This document shows, in pieces, positions 1 to 10,337 of a stretch of 64,000 nucleotides of DNA. The notes beneath the pieces were generated by a model. The model ran no database searches and was not told where the DNA came from. It was given only the letters and a program-made list of their open reading frames with translations. The position numbers were made by a program, and so were the translations under genes. Origin of the DNA: Macrostomum lignano (Eukaryota); the NCBI GenBank assembly GCA_002269645.1, contig NIVC01000056.1:868001-932000 (forward strand), given 5' to 3'. How positions within the stretch are numbered: position 1 is the first letter of the stretch; each line of letters starts with the position of its first letter.

Positions 1-79
1 ATTTCAACTATCTTTTTCTGATGCTGTTTAGAGAGAATGTTTTAAGTACAGGCTCTGTAGTGACTTCTTGTGGTAATCT

Positions 80-960
80 GAAGGATTGGAGGGTGTCACT
101 CTGGAGTAATAAAGAGTGTCACTCGAGTATTCAGGGTTATCACTCTAGAATATTGGAGGGTGTCACTCTGAAGTGTTGGAAGGTGTCACTCTGGATTATT
201 GGAATGTGTAACTCTAGAGTATTTGGAGGGTTTCACTCTAGAGTATTGAAGTTGTAGGATGTCCCTTTGGAATATTAAAGGTGTCACTCTGGAGTATTGG
301 AAGGTGTCACTGGAGTATTAAGGGGTGTCACTCTGGAGTATTGGAAGGTTTCGCTGGAGTATTGAAGAGTGGCACTCTGGAGTATTGGAAGGTGTCACTG
401 GAGTATTGACGGGTGTCACTCTGAGTATTGGAAGGTTTCGCTGGAGTATTGAAGAGTGGCACTCTGGAGTATTGGAAGGTGTCACTGGAGTATTGAGAGG
501 TGTCACTCTGGAGTATTGGAAGGTTTCGCTGGAGTATTCAAGAGTGGCACTCTGGAGTATTGGAAGGTGTCACTGGAGTATTGAGGGGTGTCACTCTGGA
601 GTATTGGAAGGTTTCGCTGGAGTATTGAAGAGTGGCACTCTGGAGTATTGGAAGGTGTCACTGGAGTATTGAAGAGTGGCACTCTGGAGTATTGAAGGGT
701 GGCACTCTGGAGTACTCAAAGGGTGGCTCTCTGGAGTACTCAAGGGTGTCACTAGAGTATTGAGGGTGGCACTCCGGGGTATTAAAAGGTTGTCACTCTG
801 GAGTATTGGAAGGTTGTTACTCTGGAGTATTGGAAGGTGTCACTGGAGCATTGGAGGGTGTCACTTTGGAGTATTGGAGGGTGTCACTCTGGAGTATTGG
901 AGGGTGTCACTGGAGTACATGTATTGAAGGGTATCAGTCTAAAGTACTCAAGGCTGTCGC
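80..960. repeat. 21-23 bp minisatellite (GGAGTATTGGAAGGTGTCACTCT) in a Kv4 intron
   Basis: Directly visible degenerate tandem array. Confidence 0.95.
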
Positions 961-1091
961 GTCACTCTAAAGGATTAGGGTGGTAAGATGAAACTTGCAT
1001 AGATCAAACACAGCAGTTAACAGAAAATATCTTATTGCTGTTAAAGTAGACCAGGTAAATAAAAATGGTAATGTGCTTCACCAATTTGCAG

Positions 1092-2291
1092 GTACGGCGA
1101 CATTGTCCCGGCAACCATAATGGGGAAAATAGTGGGCGGAGTTTGCTCTCTATCCGGCGTGCTGGTAATAGCCCTGCCCGTGCCAGTTATTGTCAGCAAT
1201 TTCTCTCGGATCTATCATCAGAATCAGCGGGCTGACAAGAGAAAGGCGGAAAAGGTTTATGTTTTATTGTAATATCTGTGCATCCCCCCAACATGGGATT
1301 AGTTGATTTGGATCCCATTGCTCAAGATGGAATTGAGAACTCCTTCGATTATGTAACCCCTAAATCCCAAATCCCTTTCAAAGTGTAACTGAGATCCCAA
1401 ATCCCCTCCAATGTGTGATTGAGGTCCCTAATCCCCATCAAGGTGTGACTGAGATCCCAAATCCCCTCCAAGGTGTAACTGAGATCCCAAATCCCCATCA
1501 AGGTGTAACTGAGATCCCAAATCCCCATCAAGGTGTAACTGAGATCCCAAATCCTCTTAATGTGTGACTGAGATCCCAAATCCCCTCCAAGGTGTAACTG
1601 AAATCCCAAATTTCGAATGCTATCTAATAATCCTATTTGCGTAACATTGTTGCAGAAATCCCGCCTAGCTCGCATCCGGTTGGTCAAAGCCACTTCCGGT
1701 GCAGCATTCATTGCTAGCAAGCTGCGCTGCAGTGGATCCGCCGATGCAGCCGCACTCGCAGCCGCTTCTGGTGCATCAGACGAGCATCTAGCAGGCAATC
1801 ATAGCGCCGCCGCTTCGGCCGCGTCTAACGCTGTTGCTGCTGCTACCTCCGCGGCCGTTGCTGGGCCATTTGAACGGCAGCATTATCATTTGCTCACCTG
1901 TCTGGAGCGCACGACTGTGAGTTCAAGACGCCTAAAAAGTACAAAAAATCACATCGGAAATAACTTATTAGATGACGAGGAATTGGCTTCTAATGCTACA
2001 GCTAAATTTACTCCTGCCTTTTACTCTTAAAAATTATATTTAATTCTCATGTATGATGATCAGGGTCGCGAGTTTGCGGATGTTGACCAGGCTGACTTGC
2101 AATCGCTTCAATGGGATCTGAAAATTCAAGAGAAATCAACAGCTCAGTCTCCATCAACTCACGCTGCTGATGCTGATGCTGATGATGATGCCGAAGTAGC
2201 GGTGGCCTCGGGTGAACCCGGGACCGTCAGCGGCTGTTGCGGCATTCTGGGGCTCGGATTGAGCTGTAACACAGACGGGACTAAACAGCTG
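1092..2291 (+). CDS. Shal: Voltage-gated K+ channel Shal/Kv4 family, 3' exons only (gene starts left of the window)
   Basis: Exons 1092-1254 ([55 protein letters not shown]: pore, S6 and Kv4-specific tail), 1656-1916 (KSRLARIR...[16 protein letters not shown]) and 2064-2291 (GREFADV...). All have AG/GT boundaries in compatible phase. Confidence 0.93.
1352..1613. repeat. 30 bp minisatellite (GGTGTAACTGAGATCCCAAATCCCCATCAA) in a Kv4 intron
   Basis: About 8 tandem units visible. Confidence 0.9.
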
Positions 2292-2399
2292 GTAAGTAAT
2301 TTTATTTGCTTTGAATTGTTATTGGATTCTTGCTTTTCTGGCATCAGCTGTATTTGGCATTGTAGGAATATTGTGACTTGAATAACCCGGTCTACCTTC

Positions 2400-3130
2400 A
2401 CAGTCTACCCTCCCAATCTACCCCCCCCCAGTCTACCCTCCCAATCTACCCCCCCCAGTCTACCCTCCCAATCTACCCCCCAGTCTACCCTCTCAATCTA
2501 CCCCCAGTCTACCCTCCCAATCTACCCCCCCCAGTCTACCCTCCCAATCTACCCCCCAGTCTACCCTCCCAATCTACCCCCCCAGTCTACCCTCCCAATC
2601 TACCCCCAGTCTACCCTCCCAATCTACCCCCCCAGTCTACCCTCCCAATCTACCCCCAGTCTACCCTCCCAATCTACCCCCCCAGTCTACCCTCCCAATC
2701 TACCCTCCCAATCTACCCTCCCAGTCTACCCTCCCAGTCTACCCTCCCAATCTACCCCCCAGTCTACCCTCCCAATCTACCCCCCCCAGTCTACCCTCCC
2801 AATCTACCCCCCCCCCAGTCTACCCTCCCAATCTACCCCCAGTCTACCCTCCCAATCTACCCCCCAGTCTACCCTCCCAATCTACCCCCCAGTCTACCCT
2901 CCCAATCTACCCCCAGTCTACCCTCCCAATCTACCCCCCAGTCTACCCTCCCAATCTACCCCCCAGTCTACCCTCCCAATCTACCCCCCAGTCTACCCTC
3001 CCAATCTACCCTCCCAATCTACCCTCCCAGTCTACCCTCCCAGTCTACCCTCCCAATCTACCCTCCCAATCTACCCTCACAATCTACACCCCCAGTTACC
3101 CTGACACTACCCTCCCAGTCTACTCTACCC
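2400..3130. repeat. C-rich minisatellite (CAGTCTACCCTCCCAATCTACCCCCC)
   Basis: Tandem units with variable C-run length; the minus strand is G-run rich. Confidence 0.95.
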
Positions 3131-4009
3131 TGACAGTCTACTCTCACATTCTACCATTCCTTCTATTTGCTGTCCATTATAGTTAGTTTAACTCTGAGAT
3201 TAGCATAGTTATGATTGGCGCAACAAGCGTCACTAGCACTGTAGAACTGTACTGCAGTGTCCATTTAGTTGGGTTCTGCCGCCTGCCCATCGCAATTCCC
3301 TCCTATCCTTATGCTGGCGAACCCGATCGCCCATCACCGCCCCTTCCCTTAGCAACAGAGCTCCCTTCCGATTAACATTCTCCGCACCCCTAACATTGCT
3401 GGCGGGTTATTAGAGTTTCCGGGCTCCCCGGGGCTTAACTGGACCTAAAGGGTTGACGCGTATCTCCGCTTGGCTAGGCAAAATAGATCCTTGTCACAAA
3501 ATTGGGCCTCTGGAACCCTCTAGCCTAGCTGTGCCCAACTGGTATGCCATCCTTGCCCCAATATTGAGTACAAATTGCTTTTGAGCTCGCGGGATAAACA
3601 GTAAACAGTTTTTTTTCTCTCTCTCTCTCGCAAGCGTTTAGCCGCCTGCAATTCAGGGAGTAGCCGCGTGTGTTAGTAGGTTAAAATGCATGCTTTGACT
3701 CAATTTTTCATGCCGGCCGGCTAAGCATTAACATTCCGAGTGCAGTTCCGGCGCGGCGCCGCTCTCCCGGAGGCGGTTTTGCCCAAAAACTCATCAGTAT
3801 TATCTGACCTGCTGTTTGCTACTCGATATTTGTATCCAGACCCAATTTTCCATCTGTTTTGGCGTAGTGGGACTCCTGAGGGGAGGGTTGGAGTCTACTA
3901 ATTTGGCTGGCTCGGTGTCCTGTTCCGCTGCGGGCTAACTTTTTTATTAACTTTTTTCTTCTTTGCCGACTCGGCTCCGGTTACGGCAAGTAGGTCACTA
4001 AAACACTGA

Positions 4010-4700
4010 CCTACAGACAGGCTGGCAGACAGACAGACAGGCAGGCAGGCACACACTAAAACAGACAGACAGCCTCTATGACAGACAGACAGACAGACAG
4101 ACAGACACTAAGACAGACAGACAGCCATTAAGGCAGACAGACAGACACTAAGACAGACAGACAGCCACTAAGACAGACAGACAGCCTCTAAGACAGACAG
4201 CCACTAAGACAGACAGACAGCCTCTAAGACAGACAGACAGACACTAAGACCCAAAGACAGACAGACAGACACAGAGACAGACAGACAGGCACTAAGACGG
4301 ACAGACAGACACAGAGACAGACAGACAGACCCAAAGACAGACAGACAGGCACAGAGACAGACAGACAGACACAGAGACAGACAGACAGGCACTAAGACAG
4401 ACAGACAGACACTAAGACCCAAAGACAGACAGACAGACACAGAGACAGACAGACAGGCACTAAGACGGACAGACAGACACAGAGACAGACAGACAGACCC
4501 AAAGACAGACAGACAGGCACAGAGACAGACAGACAGACACAGAGACAGACAGACAGGCACTAAGACAGACAGACAGACACTAAGACCCAAAGACAGACAG
4601 ACAGACACAGAGACAGACAGACAGACACAGAGACAGACAGACAGACCCAAAGACAGACAGACAGGCACAGAGACAGACAGACAGGCACTAAGACGGACAG
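4010..4700. repeat. (GACA)n-derived compound microsatellite
   Basis: AGAC/GACA runs punctuated by CACTAA, CCCAAA and CACAGA. Confidence 0.95.
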
Positions 4701-4702
4701 AC

Positions 4703-4888
4703 ATGAGCACACGCATCCACACTACAATGCCAGCATACTCCGCCGTCGCACTCCCGCAGTCTGGCCGAAGCAGCCCGGCCGAAGAAGCGGCTGGAATTGA
4801 ATCAATCAGTTTAAAGGCGCATCATCTGGTTGACGAAACTGGTGCACCGGCCGCCGCGGCGACTTCCGGCACATCCGCAGCGGTCTAG
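4703..4888 (+). CDS. Possible terminal exon of the Kv4 gene
   Basis: GC-rich, codon-like stretch ending in TAG and followed by an AT-rich UTR-like region. I could not find a phase-compatible acceptor. Confidence 0.3.
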   Translation: MSTRIHTTMPAYSAVALPQSGRSSPAEEAAGIESISLKAHHLVDETGAPAAAATSGTSAAV

Positions 4889-5555
4889 ACAGACGGCCTA
4901 GTTTGTGGAAAAATGCAAGGAATTTTGTTCATCTTATTTTTTGTTTGATTTTTCTCTATTCTGTCGTATTCTATAGCAGCCCTTATTAATGTGATTACAG
5001 TGTTATATAATATTTTTTTTGTTTTCTAGTTGCACACACAACCGCTAAGTCGTTTGCACAAATAGTATATAAATTAGGTTCTTTTGTTCTCTCTTTTGGT
5101 TTGCTCTTTTTATCTGTAAAACTAATTATAAAATATACCTAAGACAGAAATTGAACTGCTTTCTTTTTATCATTCTTTGGGTGTTGTTTTGTCTTTAAAA
5201 ACATTATTTTACTACTTACTAGTACTTTAAGTAGCCTAGGTTAATTTTTGTTTAGTTGGTCTTAGTAATGGTTGACTTACATTATTCCGTCGGTACCGTT
5301 GTTTAGGTCTAGAACTAGGTCTAGAAAGTTGTTATTGCTTTTGACAAGAGGCAGACCCAATGTTCCTATTTTGATATGTTTTGCCTTTCTTATAGATCTA
5401 TTGATATCCAAAAATAAAAACCTGCCTTCTAAAATTTTCCAAGAAACGAGGTTTCCCGTCCTACTTAAGTAGTCTGAGTGAAACACGTTTTTAGGCCAAC
5501 CGACAGACTTCATACTGAATCAAATATACTTTTGGCCATAGACATTCTCAGCGGA

Positions 5556-5966
5556 CTGGCTGCCGTCATGGATGAAGGAATAGAAAGGATCGCTCATCTG
5601 AAAGCGAGTCTATGGCCAAGACTTTCTAAAAATTGGGATATCCCCCATGAATTTTATTGGCTGCTGGAATTTAATAATAGTCTCCCGTAAGTTCTTAATG
5701 GCTGAAGCTTGTACCTGGGGAAATGCTAATTTCTTTCCCTTAAGCCGTCATAGCCCAGAGGAAGTTAAAGATGTCTAACGTTAATCGTGACTGGAATTTC
5801 CTTCGCGTACAAGCTTCAGCCAGTAGGAACTTAGGGGTACTATTATTAAATTCCATCAGCCAATGAAATTCATGGAGGAATATCCCAATTTTTAGGAGGT
5901 TTTGGCCATAGACTCGATTTCAGATGAGCGATCCATCCTTTCTATTCCTTCATCCATGGCTGCCGT
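5556..5966. mobile_element. Fold-back/MITE-like imperfect inverted repeat with arms of about 175 bp
   Basis: CATGGATGAAGGAATAGAAAGGATCGCTCATCTGAAA..GAGTCTATGGCC near 5563-5617 is the reverse complement of GGCCATAGACTCGATTTCAGATGAGCGATCC..TTTCTATTCCTTCATCCATGG near 5904-5959. The GGCTGAAGCTTGTAC / GTACAAGCTTCAGCC pair also matches. Confidence 0.75.
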
Positions 5967-6039
5967 GCGTTTCAGCAATCATCTTATTGTTTATCCGGTG
6001 GGCCGTAGCCATAGATCTTATCCAAGATATTCTCGATTC

Positions 6040-6268
6040 CAAGTGCAGTCACATTAATTTGTGGCTAAATTGGAATCTCGGCTTGGCTCTGCTCGTGCAA
6101 TTAACGCCCTTGAGGGCCAACCCCCCCAAGGCACAGTGAAGTGTACATGTCTAACGATAAATTAAGTTAGGGCCGCTGTACACTCCTGTGTCAGTGTGTG
6201 CCTGCGCGTATGACTGCGTACGTATCCGCGCGCTTGTGTGCTTGCTCAGGGGAGTGGATAGGTTGCAC
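6040..6268 (+). mobile_element. Dispersed SINE/LINE-3'-end-like repeat, internally deleted copy
   Basis: Near-identical to 31240-31520 (AAGGCACAGTGAAGTGTACATG..CTAACGATAAA..AAGTTAGGGCCGCTGTACACTCCTGTGT...). Confidence 0.75.
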
Positions 6269-6380
6269 AGATTTATTGTTTTTAAGGTGTAGGAGACGTA
6301 AATTTGTTTTCAAGTTAGACTTATAAGTCTTTTAATTTTCGTATCAAATGCAATCTTGTGCTTAAACAAACAAATCGGCA

Positions 6381-8751
6381 ATGGGTCCAATTCAAGACAT
6401 CATCACCAGCACAGGTGATTCCTCTGCACTAACCGCCGCGGAACGGGCCCACCTGTTGATTTATAGTCACGCCGAATCGCCTAGCAACACTTTAGTAGCC
6501 TATTCTACTAATTTTGGTCAAGTATTATTGTGCAACATCCATTCAGCTAATTGTTCGAACGATTCAGTTAATGCTGATTTAACTTCGACCAATGTGTCCG
6601 CTGTTGAACCATGCTTATCGCCTACTAGCATTTTCAAAGCTAATCATTTTGGTATTTATTGTTTAGCAACAATCGCTAGTTCTGCTGATAGTAGTGAGCA
6701 TGGATTCTTGGCGGCTGGTTCTGCTAATGGAGTTTTCGGTTACAGTTGGACAGATTTAGTCAATCTCGATGGTTATGACGCTTCACCAGCTGTCAGATGG
6801 CGCTTGGATTTATCTGGCGGCACCGCCAATTCATTGGCAAGCATGTCCGATGGTCATCAGCTCATTGTTGCCTGCAATGACGGGTGCGTGAAATTGTACG
6901 ATTTAGGTCACGGTGGTCGACTGGTCCGCGCTTGGAGTTTCGGTTAGTATAGAATAATAATGTTTTCTTTATTAGTGATGTTATATTGTTGTCTATGGCC
7001 AAACCAGAACTCTAGATTAGTTGTCTTTGGTCAAACCAGAATTCTAGATTCGTTGTCTATGGTCAAACCGGAAATATAGATTAGTTGTCTATTGTCAAAC
7101 CAGAACTCTAGATTAGCTCTCTATGGTCAAACCAGAAAACTTCTAGTCTATGGCCAAACCAGAAAACTGTTAGTCAATGGCCAAAACAGAGCTTTTAATT
7201 GTCTATGGCCAATGCAAAAACACTAGATTAGTTGTCTATGGCCAAAACAGAGCTTTTAATTGTCTATGGCCAATGCAAAAACACTAGATTAGTTGTCTAT
7301 GGCCAAAACAGAGCTTTTAATTGTCTATGGCCAATGCAAAAACACTAGATTAGTTGTCTATGGCCAAAACAGAGCTTTTAATTGTCTATGGCCAATGCAA
7401 AAACACTAGATTAGTTGTCTATGGCCAAAACAGAGCTTTTAATTGTCTATGGCCAATGCAAAAACACTAGATTAGTTGTCTATGGCCAAAACAGAGCTTT
7501 TAATTGTCTATGGCCAATGCAAAAACACTAGATTAGTTGTCTATGGCCAAAACAGCTTTTAATTGTCTATGGCCAATGCAAAAACACTAGATTAGTTGTC
7601 TATGGCCAAAACAGAGCTTTTAATTGTCTATGGCCAATGCAAAACACTAGATTAGTTGTCTATGGCCAAAACAGAGCTTTTAATTGTCTATGGCCAATGC
7701 AAAAACACTAGATTAGTTGTCTATGGCCAAAACAGAGCTTTTAATTGTCTATGGCCAATGCAAAAACACTAGATTAGTTGTCTATGGCCAAAGCAGCTTT
7801 TAATTGTCTATGGCCAATGCAAAAACACTAGATTAATTGTCTATGGCCAAAGCAGCTTTTAATTGTCTATGGCCAATGCAAAAACACTAGATTAGTTGTA
7901 TATGGCCAATGCAAAAACACTAGATTAGTTGTCTATGGCCGAACACTAAGTCTATGTACTAGTTTTTCATGGTTACAGCAAAAATCTTTATCTTTAATGT
8001 GCCTAAAAAGTGTAGTTTATAGTTATTATCATTTTTATATGCCCATGAGCAACAATCAAACTTTTTGGTTTGGCCATAAGCAACTGTCAACTTGCAATTG
8101 AGCTAAAATATTCAACCAAAGCTTTCATTTAAACTAATAATTCTACCAGATGATTCTTCATCCAAACAGTCGGCCGCATCAGTTCTTCGAGTTACCGTCG
8201 GCTCATCCGATTCTAGCTCAGCCGTCTGCTCAGACGAAGCAGGTTTTGTTCGTTTCTTAGACTCGCGTCAGCGCTCAGTTCGCAACAGTTTCCAACCGGC
8301 ACTTGCTGCCCCAGATTCTGTTGCTAGGCCGTATCTAGGCAACTGGCTAACCTGTTTAGCCTGCCGACCGGACACCGTAGATTGGTTCGCCTGCGGCGGC
8401 GGGCCTCGCTTAGCTATTTGGCATAGTGCCAATTTGATCGAACCAATTGCTACCATAGACTGGCAACCAACTGACCAGTTTACTCCGTTCTGCGCCGAAT
8501 TTTCACCCTGCGATCGACTCCTAATTGGCGGAAATTCTCCCTTAGTTGGTCAAGTGTCAACAGTCAATGGCAGTTTAGTTGCCAAAACTAAACTGTCTTG
8601 TTGGCAGACTATGTCTATTGGATGTTTAGGCATCGGCGGAGATGGCGGATTGTCCAGCGTGAGAGACTGGCGATTCACTGGCTGCGGTCTTGGTTCTCGA
8701 ATCGACGTTTGCTCTCAGCTTGGCTATCGGCTGTTTAGTCTGTCTGCTTGA
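6381..8751 (+). CDS. THOC6: THO complex subunit 6 (WD40), two exons
   Basis: Exon 1 is 6381-6942 (phase-1 GT) and exon 2 is 8150-8751 (AG, phase 1, stop TGA). RPYLGNWLTCLA..DWFACGGGPRLAIWH and C-terminal SRIDVCSQLGYRLFSLSA match the recalled THOC6 motifs RPHNGRWIGCLA..DWMVCGGGPALTLWH and RVDVFTNLGYRAFSLSF. Confidence 0.88.
6990..7950. repeat. 61 bp dimeric minisatellite (28+33 bp, each subunit beginning GTCTATGGCC) in the THOC6 intron
   Basis: The 61 bp period shows as a 1-base shift per 60-base line. Confidence 0.95.
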
Positions 8752-9535
8752 AACTCTATTGTCGTTTTTTACGTGTCAGGAGTCGTGAACAAGTGAAGTT
8801 AAGAGGCTCTAGAGTGCATAGTGCTGAATGGGGTCGAGGGCCGCTTTGCACCCTGTGTAAAACAATTTGTGTAAAACGACTCAAACAACTGTTTAGTCAC
8901 GAGGGCATCACGTGAGTTGCAGAATCGTAAAAAAGAGTCTCAAAAAGTCGTCCAAGATTCGCATGAGCCCTTAACTTTCTACTGACTTTAGTAGACTAAA
9001 TAGAACTCAGTTATCTCAGAACTCAGTCGTTTTAAAGTCATCTAGATTAGCAACAGCTCTAAAACTGTGTATGGTTGCGTGCTGCGTACAGTATTGGCGA
9101 GCTGTATGTGCTCAGGAGCCAGCGGAATAGGTAGAACTGTCTCATCGTTGGTTGTTGATTTAAAAGGTATACAACTATATCGTGTTACAAGCTGTTAAAA
9201 GCAATACTGTAGGTAAAACTCTTGAAATCGGCTTTTCATTGGTTCCGCGATCAGTATGGCTGAAACTATCCCCAGCGCTAGACTAGTGGCTTATATTTGA
9301 ATTCTGTTGAAGGCTTAAAAATTAAGCCTTCGTAAAAATTACAATCTTGTTGAATTATAGGTTTACTTGTTATTATGCTACTTTTTATTTTATTTAAAAG
9401 CATTTCTACTATTAATTACTTGCTATTTTATACCGGTAAGAAATTGAAACAAATACAAACTGCCAAATTAATATGCATTACCAATATTTCTTTTGTTGTT
9501 TTTTGTTACGTGACTATAGTATAAGTAATTATTAG

Positions 9536-10157
9536 TATCGCTTTTGACGCTCTAGATAAGACTTTAGACATTCAAAATAAGACTGCATAGGATCGCAAGC
9601 AAGGCCAGGCTAGCCACGGCCAGAGCATGCCCAGTCTTGGCTGCAGGAATGGCTTGGCCATAGACTAAAAAATGGAATATCAAAATGAGAATAAGACGCT
9701 CAATATGAGACTGAGTGTGAAAGCCTTCAGATATCGCTCTAACCCTCTGACCTTCAGCCAGCTCTCCTTCTTCACCCCTTGGGTTGCATCTGACCCCTTG
9801 GATTTCACTGTGATGGCACCATCGATTCCTGCAGCAGACCGTCAACGTCTGATCGACGCAGTAAACAATGGATCAACCATCCTAGCTGCCGCTCAAATTC
9901 TGCTTCTTGTTTATTGCCTAATTTCTCCTTAGCTGTTTGTATGGTGACTGCCAAAAAGCAAATAAATTACGTTCACTCCCGGTCTCATATTGAGCGTCTT
10001 ATTCTCATTTTGATATTCCATTTTTTAGTCTATGGCCAAGCCATTCCTGCAGCCAAGACTGGGCATGCTCTGGCCGTGGCTAGCCTGGCCTTGCTTGCGA
10101 TCCTATGCAGTCTTTTTTTGAATGTCTAAAGTCTTATCTAGAGCGTCAAAAGCGATA
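9536..10157. mobile_element. MITE with about 175 bp terminal inverted repeats, possible TA target-site duplication
   Basis: 9536-9710 (TATCGCTTTTGACGCTCTAGATAAGACTTTAGACATTC...CTCAATATGAGAC) is the near-perfect reverse complement of 9981-10157. The interior is non-coding and the outermost bases are TA on both sides. Confidence 0.85.
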
Positions 10158-10337
10158 GTCTATGTCAATGAAAAATATAGCTAATTTAAAATAGCCCTAC
10201 CTTAAGGAGAGACATCCCATTATTGATTTTAGTTCAATTTATTGACTTTCAGATTCGCCTTGAGAGCATCATTGTCAACTACTAATTAATGCACAATTAA
10301 CGCAGTATTTACGTCGTATGTAAAAAACAATAAAGAC

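Noticed and set aside
21-927. Several ORFs of 60-115 aa
   Set aside because: They are translations of an intronic minisatellite in several frames.
2378-3133. Pro-rich 251-aa extensin-like ORF
   Set aside because: The C-run lengths vary without preserving frame, and the ORF lies in an intron after a clear donor at 2292.
3300-3990. GC-richer unique block that might be a transposon or exon fragment
   Set aside because: I found no recognisable ORF, motif or termini on either strand.
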